A stretch of DNA of 19,359 bases from a candidate division WOR-3 bacterium (GCA_965648935.1 CBFGIY010000047.1:1-19359); one strand, 5' to 3'. Shown: positions 7,178 through 16,508, counted from the stretch's first letter. Notes: a model not told the origin generated them from the letters alone. Made by a program: numbers and translations.

Positions 7178-7837
7178 TCAGGGCAGGACCGTGACGGTGC
7201 GCGCAGGCGACCAGGGCGATTCGTTGCCGCGGTCATCGCGCGCGAGCACGCGCACTGCAGGACTGCCCGGTTCGGCCCAAGTGTGATACTGGCGGCAGGT
7301 GTCGGCCGAAGCGTAGCGCTCGGTCACGGTCACGCTGCCGTCGCCCCAGTCGAAGCGGTAGACCAGACGGTCGCCCTCGGGGTCGACCGCGACCGCGCCG
7401 CAGAGCGCGGGCACGCCGGCGCGGGCGGTCTCGGGCGCAAACAGCGCAATCACAACCGGGGCGCGGTTGTACACGACCACAGGATGAATCTCGGACCAGT
7501 CTGACGCGCGGCCGTCGTCGCGCAGGGCCATGCAGCGTACCCCGAAACGGCCGGTATCGGGCCAGGACCGTTCCAGGGTCAGCGTGTCGCCGGCGCGGAA
7601 GGCCGCTGTGGTGTCGACCCGGCCGCGCGACCAGTCGATGACGTAGCGGTCGCGCTCCGGTTCGGCAGGCAGGCTGTAGAACCGAAACCGGCCCGGCTCG
7701 CCGACCGCGAGGCTGTCCGGACCGAGCGGCTTCTGTGGGGTTGTCGGCAGCGGACCCGGACAGGCGGCAGTCAGCAGTACTGCGACGCAAAGCAGGCAGG
7801 GGCGGAAGATCGTTCCGCCCCTGCCTGTGGACTTCAT
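7178..7837 (-). CDS. PKD-domain lipoprotein (about 219 aa)
   Basis: Start moved to ATG 7837, just after the upstream gene's stop. Lipobox LTAA-C. Two PKD-like units (YVIDWS..., DPEGDRLVYRFDWGDG...HTW...ARDDRG...WS). Confidence 0.8.
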   Translation of the reverse strand: MKSTGRGGTIFRPCLLCVAVLLTAACPGPLPTTPQKPLGPDSLAVGEPGRFRFYSLPAEPERDRYVIDWSRGRVDTTAAFRAGDTLTLERSWPDTGRFGVRCMALRDDGRASDWSEIHPVVVYNRAPVVIALFAPETARAGVPALCGAVAVDPEGDRLVYRFDWGDGSVTVTERYASADTCRQYHTWAEPGSPAVRVLARDDRGNESPWSPARTVTVLP

Positions 7838-7847
7838 TGCCGGTCTG

Positions 7848-9968
7848 TTACCGGCGCGCGCCGTACTTGCCGGTGTGGCGGACGTCGTGGTGGAACATCG
7901 GCCACGGGCTGTTGGCGAGCGTGCCCGCCGTGCGGCCGGCAACCGCAAACACGCCGGCCGGGCAGGTGATGTAGACGATGCCGTAGTTGTCGACCGCGGG
8001 CGACGGCACCACGTCGATCGAGAGCGCGCGGCCGCGCTGTCCCGGGCGCCGGCCCGCAGGCGGCACGACCAGCGGGGTCTGCCACATCACGGTGCCGCTC
8101 GGTCCGACCGCGATGAGGTTCTCGTCGTCGTCGAGCACGTAGCAGTAGCCGTCGGCGGTGAGCGCCGGGGTCGAGGTCAGCGGGGTCGTGCTGACCTGCA
8201 CCGGCCAGCCGGGCACAGGCAGGTGGTTGTTGACGTCGATCTGATGGAGCTTGCCGTCATCGGCCGAGAACAGGATGTTGCCGTTCGTGGCGATGATGGG
8301 CGAGGAGGAAATACCGGCGCGCGGGCTGGTCTCGTACGCCCAGACCAGGGCGTTGTCCTTGACCGCGAGCAGGCGGCCGCTCTCGGTGCCGACGTAAATG
8401 GTGCCGTCGGTGCCGATGGCCGGCGAGGAGGAAATGCCGGTCGAGTCGCCGGTGTAGAAGCTCCAGAGAATGGTGCCGGCGGCGGAGATGCAGTGAACGT
8501 AGCCGGAGTCGTCAACCGCGATGATGTTGCCCGAGCCGTCCATCACCGGCGAGGCGATGAGCTCGTTGCGCAGCGCCACCGACCAGTTATGGGTGTAGGT
8601 CGCGCCGTTGTCGGTGAGCTTGTGCAGCTTGCGGTCCTCGCCGCCGAAGTAGATGCTCGAACCGTCGAGGAGCGGCGTGGTCGAAATGCCCTGACCCGAG
8701 TCAGGCACCGAGTAAGCCCACTTCTGGTCGCCGTCGGCGTCGAAGGCGTAGAGCCAGCCGTTCTCGTTGCCGACATAGGCGACCCCGGCCGGGGTGACCG
8801 TGGGCGAGGACTGGAACTCCTCGGCGTCGGTCGGCACCGCGGTGTTGATGATGACTCCGAGGTGGGCGTCGATGAAGTGCATGTTGCCCTCGTCCGAACC
8901 GACGATGACCGACGGCCAGAGCGCGCCGAACGAGTTGGTCACGCCGATGGCTGGCGAAGCGGTGAAGTCGTCCTCGAACCCGTAGATTACCTCGCCCTCG
9001 CCGACCGTCTTGAAGGTGATCGGGTCGGACATGTCTGAGACCAGCCCGCCGCGGTCGATCGCCTTGACCGTGATGGTGTAGGTCGCGGTGTCGCCGGTCG
9101 GCCGGAAAGTGCCGAGGCCGTTGGTGCCCTGCAGGAAACGCTCGCTGATCGTCGAGTCGCCGTTGCCCCAGTAGTAAATGTAGCGCAGGGTGTCATTCAG
9201 GTTCGGGTCGGTGGAACGGGCGTAGAACCGGTAGTTCGGGCCGCTGTTGATGCCGCGCTTCGGCCAGGCGATCCACTCCGGCTTGCGCGGCACGAGGTTG
9301 ACCTCGTTGATGAGCACGGTGCAGGGCGCGGACCAGGCCGAGGTGTCGCCCACGATGTCGCGGGCCACGGCGTGAACCACCTTGTAGCCGCCCGCAGCGT
9401 AGATAACCGGCTGGGACACGGTCGCGCCGCCGGCGACGAACGGCGTCCAGCCCGAGACCTGGCCGTCGCCGAAGTAGAACTTCACGCTGACCGAGTCGCC
9501 GTCCGGGTCGGTCGCGGAAGTCGAGAAGGTCACGGTCGAGTCGACCCAGAGCGAGCCGCCGGCCACGGGCTTGGCCGGGGCGGCGGGCGGGTTGTTGGCC
9601 GAGCCGGTGTCGGTCACGACGTGAACGAAGAGCGAATCGGACCAGTCGGCGCTGCGCGCGCCGTTGCGGTCCTCGGCCAGGGCGCGCACCGCATACCAGC
9701 CGGTGTCGGCCCAGGTGTGGGTGACCGTTGCGGCCACGCCCGAGCCGCTGTAGCCGGTGGTATCGGTCCTGCCGTCGGCCCAGTTCACGAAGTAGCGGAT
9801 TTCGTCGCGGTTCGCGTCGGTCGCGGTCACGGTGAAGTCCGTGGCCGAGTTGACCAGCACGAGCGTCGGGCCGGTCAGGGTCGGCGTCTTGGGCGGCTTG
9901 TTCTTGCAGCCCGTGGCGATGGTCAGGACCGCAAGCGCCAATACCGTCAGGGTCAGGCTCTTACGCAT
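7848..9968 (-). CDS. Lipoprotein with three PKD-like domains and a C-terminal PQQ-type (BamB-like) beta-propeller
   Basis: GAGGAGG SD and lipobox IATG-C. PKD units (WADG, FGDG, WGNG). Propeller repeats SSPAIGTDGTIYVG, SSPIIATNGNILF, STPALTADG. Ends with WPMFHHDVRHTG. Confidence 0.88.
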   Translation of the reverse strand: MRKSLTLTVLALAVLTIATGCKNKPPKTPTLTGPTLVLVNSATDFTVTATDANRDEIRYFVNWADGRTDTTGYSGSGVAATVTHTWADTGWYAVRALAEDRNGARSADWSDSLFVHVVTDTGSANNPPAAPAKPVAGGSLWVDSTVTFSTSATDPDGDSVSVKFYFGDGQVSGWTPFVAGGATVSQPVIYAAGGYKVVHAVARDIVGDTSAWSAPCTVLINEVNLVPRKPEWIAWPKRGINSGPNYRFYARSTDPNLNDTLRYIYYWGNGDSTISERFLQGTNGLGTFRPTGDTATYTITVKAIDRGGLVSDMSDPITFKTVGEGEVIYGFEDDFTASPAIGVTNSFGALWPSVIVGSDEGNMHFIDAHLGVIINTAVPTDAEEFQSSPTVTPAGVAYVGNENGWLYAFDADGDQKWAYSVPDSGQGISTTPLLDGSSIYFGGEDRKLHKLTDNGATYTHNWSVALRNELIASPVMDGSGNIIAVDDSGYVHCISAAGTILWSFYTGDSTGISSSPAIGTDGTIYVGTESGRLLAVKDNALVWAYETSPRAGISSSPIIATNGNILFSADDGKLHQIDVNNHLPVPGWPVQVSTTPLTSTPALTADGYCYVLDDDENLIAVGPSGTVMWQTPLVVPPAGRRPGQRGRALSIDVVPSPAVDNYGIVYITCPAGVFAVAGRTAGTLANSPWPMFHHDVRHTGKYGARR

Positions 9969-10016
9969 TTTTCCTCCTCAAGGATAAAGCCTGTAAGCGG
10001 TCATAAACGGAAGCTA

Positions 10017-10045
10017 AAAATACCCTAAGCCGGTCAGGCAGTCAA
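10017..10045 (-). promoter_or_regulatory. sigma70 promoter for the PKD/PQQ operon
   Basis: TTGACT (10045-10040), 17 nt, TATTTT (10022-10017), in an AT-rich divergent intergenic region. Confidence 0.55.
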
Positions 10046-10073
10046 TAGCCGCCCGAAATCCGCCGTTCGCAGG

Positions 10074-10101
10074 TTGACCGGCAGAGCAAGCGGTCTATAA
10101 T
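10074..10101 (+). promoter_or_regulatory. sigma70 promoter for the glycosyltransferase gene
   Basis: TTGACC (10074-10079), 16 nt, perfect TATAAT (10096-10101). Short leader of about 11 nt with no clear SD. Confidence 0.75.
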
Positions 10102-10118
10102 CGCGCGGCCGCAGGCAA

Positions 10119-12575
10119 ATGGCAAAAAGACAGCCCGACCGCCCGAAAGAACAAGGCCCGAGCGGGCCGGTCCGGTTCGCGCTGGCCGTATCCGGACTGG
10201 TCCTCCTGGCGCTGGCCGCGCTGGCCAACTATTCGGATGAGTGGCTGTTTGCGGCCCGAGGCCGGGTCTTCGTCCGCCTGCCCGGGATGGCGCCGAATGA
10301 CTACGTCTTCTTCCCGGTATTGCTGGCGACCGGCGGGCTCGTACTTGCGGTACTGCTGGCCGGGCTGTTGTGGCCGCGGTTTCGTGCCGCGCTCGCCCAG
10401 CCATGGCGCGCGGGCCGGACTGCCGCGCCGCTCCTGGCCGCGCTGGCGCTCATGGCCTTCTCGCTGTGGCCCTGGCCCTCGACCGATTCCAGCCCGGTCG
10501 ACACCGGTTCGAGCACTGTGTTCTACGTTGTCACGGCCGGGGCCGGGCTGGCGCTGTTTCTGGCCGGGGCGTGGCGCAGCCTGGCCTTTCTCGACCGCCC
10601 GGTCGAACGGCTGTTTGACCGGCTGATGGCCATGGGCCGCTGGCGCTTCGCCCTCCTGGTGTTCGGCTTCACCTTCCTCGTGACCAACCTCGTCTCGCTG
10701 CTGGTGTTCCAGCACATGCCCCACATCCAGGACTCGATTGCCCAGCTCTTTCAGGCCCGCATCTTTGCCAGCGGCCGGCTCTGGCTGCCCTCGATGCGCT
10801 TCGCCGACTTCTTCGACTACACTCACATCATCAACATCTCCGGCGAAACCGGGCACCCGGCATCGGGGTTCGCGGTCGAGAACTGGCCCGGGCCGGACGG
10901 CCGCTGGTACTCGCAGTACCCGTTCCTCCACCCCTTGCTGCTCGTGCCCGGCGTGCTCGTCGGGATGCCCTGGATAGTCAACCCGCTGCTGGGCGCGCTG
11001 ACCGTGCCTGCCATCTACCTGCTCGGCCGCGAGCTGTACGATGAGCGAACCGCACGGGTCGCGGCGCTGCTCGCCTGCCTTTCCCCTTTCCTGTTCAACA
11101 TGTCGGCCGAGTTCATGAACCACACCAGCGCGCTGCTGTTCGTGACGCTCTTCCTTTACTTCTACGCGCGCGCGACCGGGGTCGGGGCGCACCCGGCCGG
11201 GGCCTGGCCCAATGCGCTGGCCGCGGGCGCGATGCTCGGGCTGGTGATCAACATCCGGCCCTACACCGCGGCCGCGCTGGTCCTGCCCTTTGCCGCGTAC
11301 GGCGTCTGGCTTGCCGCGAGACAGCCGCGTCGGTTCGCCGGCCGGTTCGCGCTCGTGCTGCTCGCTGCGGCCGCGGTCTCGAGCCTGTCGCTGGTCTACA
11401 ACTGGCTGACCAACGGCCACCCCTTGCTCTTCGGCTATGTCGTGAAATGGGGCGCGGCCCACGAAATCGGGTTCGGCCGCGCCGGCTGGGGCGAGGGCCA
11501 CACCCCGCTGCGCGGGCTGTTCAACACCGGCAACGACTGGAACATGCTCAACAAGGCGCTGTTCGAGTGGCCCCTGCCCGCGCTGGGCCTGATCCTGCTG
11601 CCCTTCGCCGCGGGCACGCGCGACCGGCGCGACTGGCTGCTCGGCGCGTCCTTCCTCTGCCTGTCTGCGGCCTACTTCTTCTACTGGTACCACGGCGGCG
11701 TGTTCGGACCGCGGTTTCTGTTCGAGTCCGCGACCGGGCTGCTGCTCCTGGTCGCGCGCGGCGGTCTTGCCCTGCCCGAGCTCATCCGCCGCGTCTTCGG
11801 CGCAGGCGGGTTTGGCGGGCGCAAGGCCGCGGCGCTATTCTGCCGGACCGTGCCACTGCTGGTGCTGTCGATGGTCGCGGTCGGCCTGCCGCCGCTGTTC
11901 AAGAAGTACTGGAGCTACAACGAGGTCGACGGCCGGGTCGTGCGCAACGTGCGCCGGGCCGGGCTCTCGAACGCGCTGGTGTTCTGCGCCAACCTGGGCA
12001 ATGGGTTCTCGGCCAACCGGCTCGACCTCGAAGGCGACGTGGTCTATGCCAAGGACTACCGTCTGCTCAACCCGGCGCTCACCGTGCGCTACCCGGACCG
12101 CGCCTGCTGGTACGCCAACAAGGACACGCTGATACCGCTGGGCGACATCAGCTACGCCAACTCACTCCTGCGCGCGACGCTCGACGAGCTGGCCGGCGGC
12201 CTGACCGATACCCTGCTCGCCCGGTACAAGTCGGTCATCTGGCCGTTCATCGACCTGCCGCCCGCGACGATGGACGAGGCGACGCGCTCGGCCAAGCTGA
12301 CCGACTTCCGCATCGTCTCGCGCGAGCTTTTCACCGGGCGCCACGCGCTCGACGACTACCTGCCGGCGCTGGCCTGCTGGATAATCAAGGACAAGCGCGA
12401 GCACCTGTCGATCTTCGCCTATATGGATGACCTGGAAAGCTTCATCGCCTCGGACTACAAGTTCACCCTGCTGTATGTGTCGCGCGAGGGCACGGCCGCG
12501 GTATACGACGTGCGGCGCGTGACCGGCGACGAAACGAAGTTCGACGGCAAATCCGCTCCCCCGCCGCTGCGGTAG
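10119..12575 (+). CDS. Multi-pass GT-C fold glycosyltransferase (ArnT/PMT-like, GT39/GT83 type)
   Basis: More than 12 hydrophobic segments. Motifs PHIQDS.AQLFQARIFASGRL, YSQYP, IYLLGRELY, INIRPY, YNWLTNGHPL and GPRFLFE. Soluble C-terminal domain. Confidence 0.8.
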   Translation: MAKRQPDRPKEQGPSGPVRFALAVSGLVLLALAALANYSDEWLFAARGRVFVRLPGMAPNDYVFFPVLLATGGLVLAVLLAGLLWPRFRAALAQPWRAGRTAAPLLAALALMAFSLWPWPSTDSSPVDTGSSTVFYVVTAGAGLALFLAGAWRSLAFLDRPVERLFDRLMAMGRWRFALLVFGFTFLVTNLVSLLVFQHMPHIQDSIAQLFQARIFASGRLWLPSMRFADFFDYTHIINISGETGHPASGFAVENWPGPDGRWYSQYPFLHPLLLVPGVLVGMPWIVNPLLGALTVPAIYLLGRELYDERTARVAALLACLSPFLFNMSAEFMNHTSALLFVTLFLYFYARATGVGAHPAGAWPNALAAGAMLGLVINIRPYTAAALVLPFAAYGVWLAARQPRRFAGRFALVLLAAAAVSSLSLVYNWLTNGHPLLFGYVVKWGAAHEIGFGRAGWGEGHTPLRGLFNTGNDWNMLNKALFEWPLPALGLILLPFAAGTRDRRDWLLGASFLCLSAAYFFYWYHGGVFGPRFLFESATGLLLLVARGGLALPELIRRVFGAGGFGGRKAAALFCRTVPLLVLSMVAVGLPPLFKKYWSYNEVDGRVVRNVRRAGLSNALVFCANLGNGFSANRLDLEGDVVYAKDYRLLNPALTVRYPDRACWYANKDTLIPLGDISYANSLLRATLDELAGGLTDTLLARYKSVIWPFIDLPPATMDEATRSAKLTDFRIVSRELFTGRHALDDYLPALACWIIKDKREHLSIFAYMDDLESFIASDYKFTLLYVSREGTAAVYDVRRVTGDETKFDGKSAPPPLR

Positions 12576-12596
12576 GCCGCGCGGCGCGCGAAAACC

Positions 12597-12624
12597 AGCC
12601 GGGCGCGGCAATCCGCGCCCGGCT
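12597..12624. terminator. Hairpin terminator between convergent genes
   Basis: Perfect 12-bp stem AGCCGGGCGCGG-CAAT-CCGCGCCCGGCT, followed by GGTTTT on the minus strand. Confidence 0.75.
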
Positions 12625-12641
12625 CTGTCTCTGCACACAGA

Positions 12642-14012
12642 CTACTGCTTGACCACTGCCGCGGACTCGCCGCACGACCGGATGACATAGACCCCGGCGG
12701 GCAGGGACGAGAGGTCCAGGTCGACGGCAGGCTCAGGACCGGGGGCAGCGGACCGGACAAGACGGCCCGACCGGTCATAGACGCTGACCGGGCCCGGGGC
12801 GGTGACATGCGCGCGTGCGCGGACCGGGTTGGGCCTGACCAGAAGCGCGCGCTGCCCCGGCCGGTCGCCGCGCTCGGCCACGGCGATCGGGTAATCGAAG
12901 AAGGCGTACATCACGCGGTAGTTTCCCGGCTCGCCCTGCATCCACAGCACCAGCGCGCCGAGGCAGGTAGGGGCCCAGATGTTCTCGGTGATGCCGAAGA
13001 ACTGGCGCAGCGAGTAGCCCGCATCCCAGCCGTTCATGAAATAGTAGAAGTGCGTCCGGATGTCAGAAACGCCGCCGCTGTCGTCCTGCCAGAACAGGTA
13101 GGACCAGGTGGTGCCGAGGTGGCTGACCACGGGCGAGCGCGCGTCCCAGCGCGTCGAGTAGCCGCCGCCGTTGCCGCCGTGGTAGCGGACATCGTAGCCG
13201 CCGCTGGTCGTGCTGTCGACCCAGCACATCCCGAAGGACTCGTGGCCGCGGGACCAGTCCAGCGCGGGTGAGGCAAGCTCGCGGCTGCTGTGCCAGACCA
13301 GTTCGACCGGCTGCCACCGTCCGCCGGCAAGCCGGCGGCGCTTCGTCCACCAGGGCGTGGGCGACTGCATGTCGTGGGCCAGCCAGGTGACCGCGATGTC
13401 GCCCGAATCGCCGAAACACGATATTGACGGGTTGGTGTTGTCCTCGTAGCCGGGCTCGCTCGAAACCAGGACCGGCGCGGAAAGGCTGCCCCGGTACCAG
13501 GTGCAGTACCAGATGTCGGTAGTGTCGTCGTCCACCTGGCTCCAGACGATGTGGGCGCAGCCCGAGTCGTCAGCGAACACGTCGGGGTCGACGCCCTCGT
13601 AGGGCGGGTCGCTCACGCGCACCGGCGCCATCGCGGTGTCGAGGTCGCGGAAGTAGACCTGGTTCGAGCCGGCCGAATCATCAACCAGCCACGCCACGTA
13701 GCGGTGGCCGTCAGGCCGGCAGTCGATGGCCGGCCGGCGGCCGCCCGCGCCGATGAGCGTGGGCGCGCCCCAGGTGAGCCGGCCGAAGCGGAAAGCGCCG
13801 GTGCGGACCCAGGCGGCCTGCGCATCCGCGTAGACAAAGTGAACCGTGTCGGTCGCGCCGCCGACAGCTTCATTGACGGCGCCCAGCCGGTGGCTCGAAT
13901 TGGGCTCGGTGGCGAACGGGCTATCAGTCGTGCAGACCACGCCGAACTGGAACTGGGCCGGCGCGGCAGCGGTGAAAAGGGCGAGGGCCAGCAGAACCTT
14001 GATAGAATGCAT
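12642..14012 (-). CDS. Secreted repeat (probable beta-propeller) protein with a T9SS-like C-terminal domain
   Basis: GGAGG SD and signal peptide MHSIKVLLALALFTAAAPA. Repeats P.I....G....V.W (PAIDCRPDGHRYVAW, PDVFADDSGCAHIVW, PSISCFGDSGDIAVTW). CTD 'VRPNP...VYDRSGRLV...LPAGVYVIR'. Confidence 0.8.
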   Translation of the reverse strand: MHSIKVLLALALFTAAAPAQFQFGVVCTTDSPFATEPNSSHRLGAVNEAVGGATDTVHFVYADAQAAWVRTGAFRFGRLTWGAPTLIGAGGRRPAIDCRPDGHRYVAWLVDDSAGSNQVYFRDLDTAMAPVRVSDPPYEGVDPDVFADDSGCAHIVWSQVDDDTTDIWYCTWYRGSLSAPVLVSSEPGYEDNTNPSISCFGDSGDIAVTWLAHDMQSPTPWWTKRRRLAGGRWQPVELVWHSSRELASPALDWSRGHESFGMCWVDSTTSGGYDVRYHGGNGGGYSTRWDARSPVVSHLGTTWSYLFWQDDSGGVSDIRTHFYYFMNGWDAGYSLRQFFGITENIWAPTCLGALVLWMQGEPGNYRVMYAFFDYPIAVAERGDRPGQRALLVRPNPVRARAHVTAPGPVSVYDRSGRLVRSAAPGPEPAVDLDLSSLPAGVYVIRSCGESAAVVKQ

Positions 14013-14029
14013 ATTGCCTCCCGGACGGG

Positions 14030-14058
14030 ATTGTGCGCCGGGAATCGCGCTGTGTCAA
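14030..14058 (-). promoter_or_regulatory. sigma70 promoter (leftward member of a divergent pair)
   Basis: TTGACA (14058-14053), 17 nt, CACAAT (14035-14030). Confidence 0.65.
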
Positions 14059-14072
14059 TACCCGGCGCGGCG

Positions 14073-14100
14073 TTGACTGGCGGCCGGGCCGGGCTAGTAT
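14073..14100 (+). promoter_or_regulatory. sigma70 promoter, leaderless geometry
   Basis: TTGACT (14073-14078), 16 nt, TAGTAT (14095-14100), 5 nt, then GTG 14106. Confidence 0.65.
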
Positions 14101-14105
14101 CGCGC

Positions 14106-15098
14106 GTGAACGCCGTAAAGCTCCACCGCGAAGCCCTGGTCTGTGACCTGCACACCGACGCGCTCTATGAACACGTCTCCGGCCGGCGCGACATCACCGT
14201 CCGCGCCACCACCGGTCATGTTGACCTCCCCCGCCTTGCCGAAGGCGGCGTCAACGCTCAGGTATTTGCCATCTGGCCCAGCCCGGAGAAATTCCGTCCC
14301 GGCGAGTTCAGCGGGTTCGCGCTCGGCGCCTGCGCCGCGTTCACCGGCATCTGCGGCCGCGTGCCCGACCGGCTGGCCCACTGCCGCACCCCGGCCGAGT
14401 TCGACGCGGCGGTGCAGGCGGGCAAGGTCGCCGGCATACTTGGAGTCGAAGGCGCGCACGCGCTTGACGGCCGGCTGGAAACGCTCGGCCGCTTCTTCGA
14501 ATTCGGCGTGCGCGTGCTCACGCTCACCTGGAACAACTCCAACGAGCTGGCCGACTCGGCGCTCGACCGCTCGCCGCGCAATGACGGCCTCTCCCCGCTC
14601 GGACGCTCGGCCGTGCGCCGCTGCAACGAGCTCGGCATCACTATCGACCTCTCGCACGCCTCGGAGAAGACCTTCTTCGACACGCTTGAGGCGAGCAGCG
14701 CGCCGGTCATCGCCTCGCACTCGGGCGTGAAATCGCTCTGCGACCACCCGCGCAACCTCTCGGACGAGCAACTGCGCGCGCTCGCCGCCAGAGGCGGAAT
14801 GGTCGGCATCGTGTTCCTGCCCTATTTCCTGCGCCCCGGGGCCGAGAATGCCGACATCGCCGACGTGCTCGCGGCAATCGACCATGCCTGCGCCGTGGCC
14901 GGACCGCAGTGCGTCGGCATCGGCTCGGACTTTGACGGCTACGGCGGCACCACCGCCGGGCTTGAAGATGTCACCCGGCTCGGCGCGATTACCGCCGGCC
15001 TGGTTGAACGCGGCTACACCGAGCGCGACATCCGGCTGATTCTGGGCGGAAACTTCCGCCGGGTCTGGAGCGCGGTCGCGCAACATGCCGGGGCTTAG
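14106..15098 (+). CDS. Membrane (renal-type) dipeptidase, peptidase family M19 (about 330 aa)
   Basis: Motifs DLHTD, HVDLPRL..GG, GVEG, LTLTWN, IDLSH, IASHS...HPRNL and GIGSDFDG are intact. True start is GTG 14106; the upstream part of the 515-aa ORF is antisense to the previous gene. Confidence 0.9.
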   Translation: MNAVKLHREALVCDLHTDALYEHVSGRRDITVRATTGHVDLPRLAEGGVNAQVFAIWPSPEKFRPGEFSGFALGACAAFTGICGRVPDRLAHCRTPAEFDAAVQAGKVAGILGVEGAHALDGRLETLGRFFEFGVRVLTLTWNNSNELADSALDRSPRNDGLSPLGRSAVRRCNELGITIDLSHASEKTFFDTLEASSAPVIASHSGVKSLCDHPRNLSDEQLRALAARGGMVGIVFLPYFLRPGAENADIADVLAAIDHACAVAGPQCVGIGSDFDGYGGTTAGLEDVTRLGAITAGLVERGYTERDIRLILGGNFRRVWSAVAQHAGA

Positions 15099-15110
15099 CC
15101 GGTCGCTGCC

Positions 15111-16448
15111 GTGAAGGCGTTGCTACTGCTTGGTCTGGTCGGGACTGCGGCCGGCGCCGCGGTCTGGGCCGGGCCTGCGGTCGCTCTGGTCGGGGACACT
15201 GCGGCGGTTGTGTACTGGGAAACCGACGACACGCTCGCCGGCGCGGTCGAGTACGGCCTGACATCGGGTTACGGCCTTGCCGCCGCCGAAACCGTTGCCG
15301 CAACCCGGCACGAACTTGTTCTCACCCGACTCGCCCCGGACACGCTCTGGCACTATCGCGTCATCAGCGGCGCCGACACGACCCCGGACCGCGCGTTCCG
15401 CACGCGCGCTTCGGCCGGCCGCTCGTTCCGCTTTGCGGTCTACGGCGACAATCAGGACGACAGCGCCGCGCACCAGCGCGTGGTTGACCGGCTGACGCTG
15501 GCCGCGCCCGATGCCGAGTTCTGCGCCCACGTCGGCGACCTCGTGCAGAACGGCACGGTCGCCGAGTGGCGGTCGTGGTTCAACATTGAGCGGGAGATTG
15601 TCGCGGGCCGGCCGGTCCTGCCCGCTCCGGGCAACCACGACATCATCATCCCCGACAACTGGCTGCGCTTTCTGGTGCTGCCCGGCAACGAGCGGTGGCA
15701 CTCGCTGCGCTGGGGCGGCGTCGCCCTGCACTGCCTTGACGCCTACTCCGACTTCTCGCCCGCAAGCGCGCAGTACGACTGGCTGCTCTCGGAGCTTCTG
15801 TCCGACAGCGCCGACCCGGCGGTGCGCTTCATCCTCGTCAGTTTGCACCTGCCGCCCTGGACCACCAACCGCAGCTATTCGGGCAATGCCGACGCGCGGC
15901 AGTGGCTGTGCCCGCTGTTCGAGCGGTTCCGGGTCGCGGTGGTGTTCGCGGGACACGTCCATGCCTACGAGCACAGCCTGGTCAACGGCGTGCACTACAT
16001 CAACCCGGGCTCGGCCGGCGCCGCGCTCTCGACCGGGTGGAACGCGGCCCAGCCATGGACCGTGTACCGCGAGGCGGGCTACTCGTTCGTCGTCGCCGCG
16101 GCCTCGGCCGATTCGCTGATTCTGTCCGGCGTCCGCGTCAACGGCACCGGTTTCGACACCCTGCGCCTGGGCGCGCCGCCGGTCGGGGTCGTCGAGCACG
16201 GCGCGGTGCCGCAGCTTCGGCTCTCGGCACGCGGGCCGCGCGTGGTGCTTGACCTGCCCGGTGCCGGGCCGGCCGACATTGCGGTGTTCGACCCGAGCGG
16301 CCGGCAGGTCGCGCGGCTGGCCGAAGCCCGGCTCGCGGCCGGGCGGCACGAGTTTGCCCTGCCCGCCGGCCTGGCGCGCGGCTGCTATGTCGTGCGGGCA
16401 AGCGCGGCCGGAGCCTCGGCCTCGGTCAAGACCGTCCTGCTTCCCTAG
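15111..16448 (+). CDS. Secreted purple-acid-phosphatase-like metallophosphoesterase with N-terminal FN3-like and C-terminal T9SS/FlgD-like domains
   Basis: Signal peptide and FN3-like region (VYWET...VEYG...HELVLTRLAPDT). Catalytic motifs YGD, GDLV, GNHD, H.PP and GHVH.YE. CTD 'VFDPSGRQV...LARGCYVVR...KTVLL'. Confidence 0.88.
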   Translation: MKALLLLGLVGTAAGAAVWAGPAVALVGDTAAVVYWETDDTLAGAVEYGLTSGYGLAAAETVAATRHELVLTRLAPDTLWHYRVISGADTTPDRAFRTRASAGRSFRFAVYGDNQDDSAAHQRVVDRLTLAAPDAEFCAHVGDLVQNGTVAEWRSWFNIEREIVAGRPVLPAPGNHDIIIPDNWLRFLVLPGNERWHSLRWGGVALHCLDAYSDFSPASAQYDWLLSELLSDSADPAVRFILVSLHLPPWTTNRSYSGNADARQWLCPLFERFRVAVVFAGHVHAYEHSLVNGVHYINPGSAGAALSTGWNAAQPWTVYREAGYSFVVAAASADSLILSGVRVNGTGFDTLRLGAPPVGVVEHGAVPQLRLSARGPRVVLDLPGAGPADIAVFDPSGRQVARLAEARLAAGRHEFALPAGLARGCYVVRASAAGASASVKTVLLP

Positions 16449-16460
16449 TCAGCCGCGCCG

Positions 16461-16494
16461 AAAAGCAACGGGCGGGCCCAAGCCCGCCCGCCGC
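16461..16494 (-). terminator. Intrinsic terminator between convergent genes
   Basis: Minus strand GCGGCGGGCGGGC-TTGG-GCCCGCCCGTTGC followed by TTTT. Confidence 0.75.
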
Positions 16495-16508
16495 ATCGTA
16501 TGGCCGCC

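Noticed and set aside
13551..14105. N-terminal extension of the 515-aa dipeptidase ORF
   Set aside because: It overlaps the antisense gene and both divergent promoters. M19 similarity begins only after GTG 14106.
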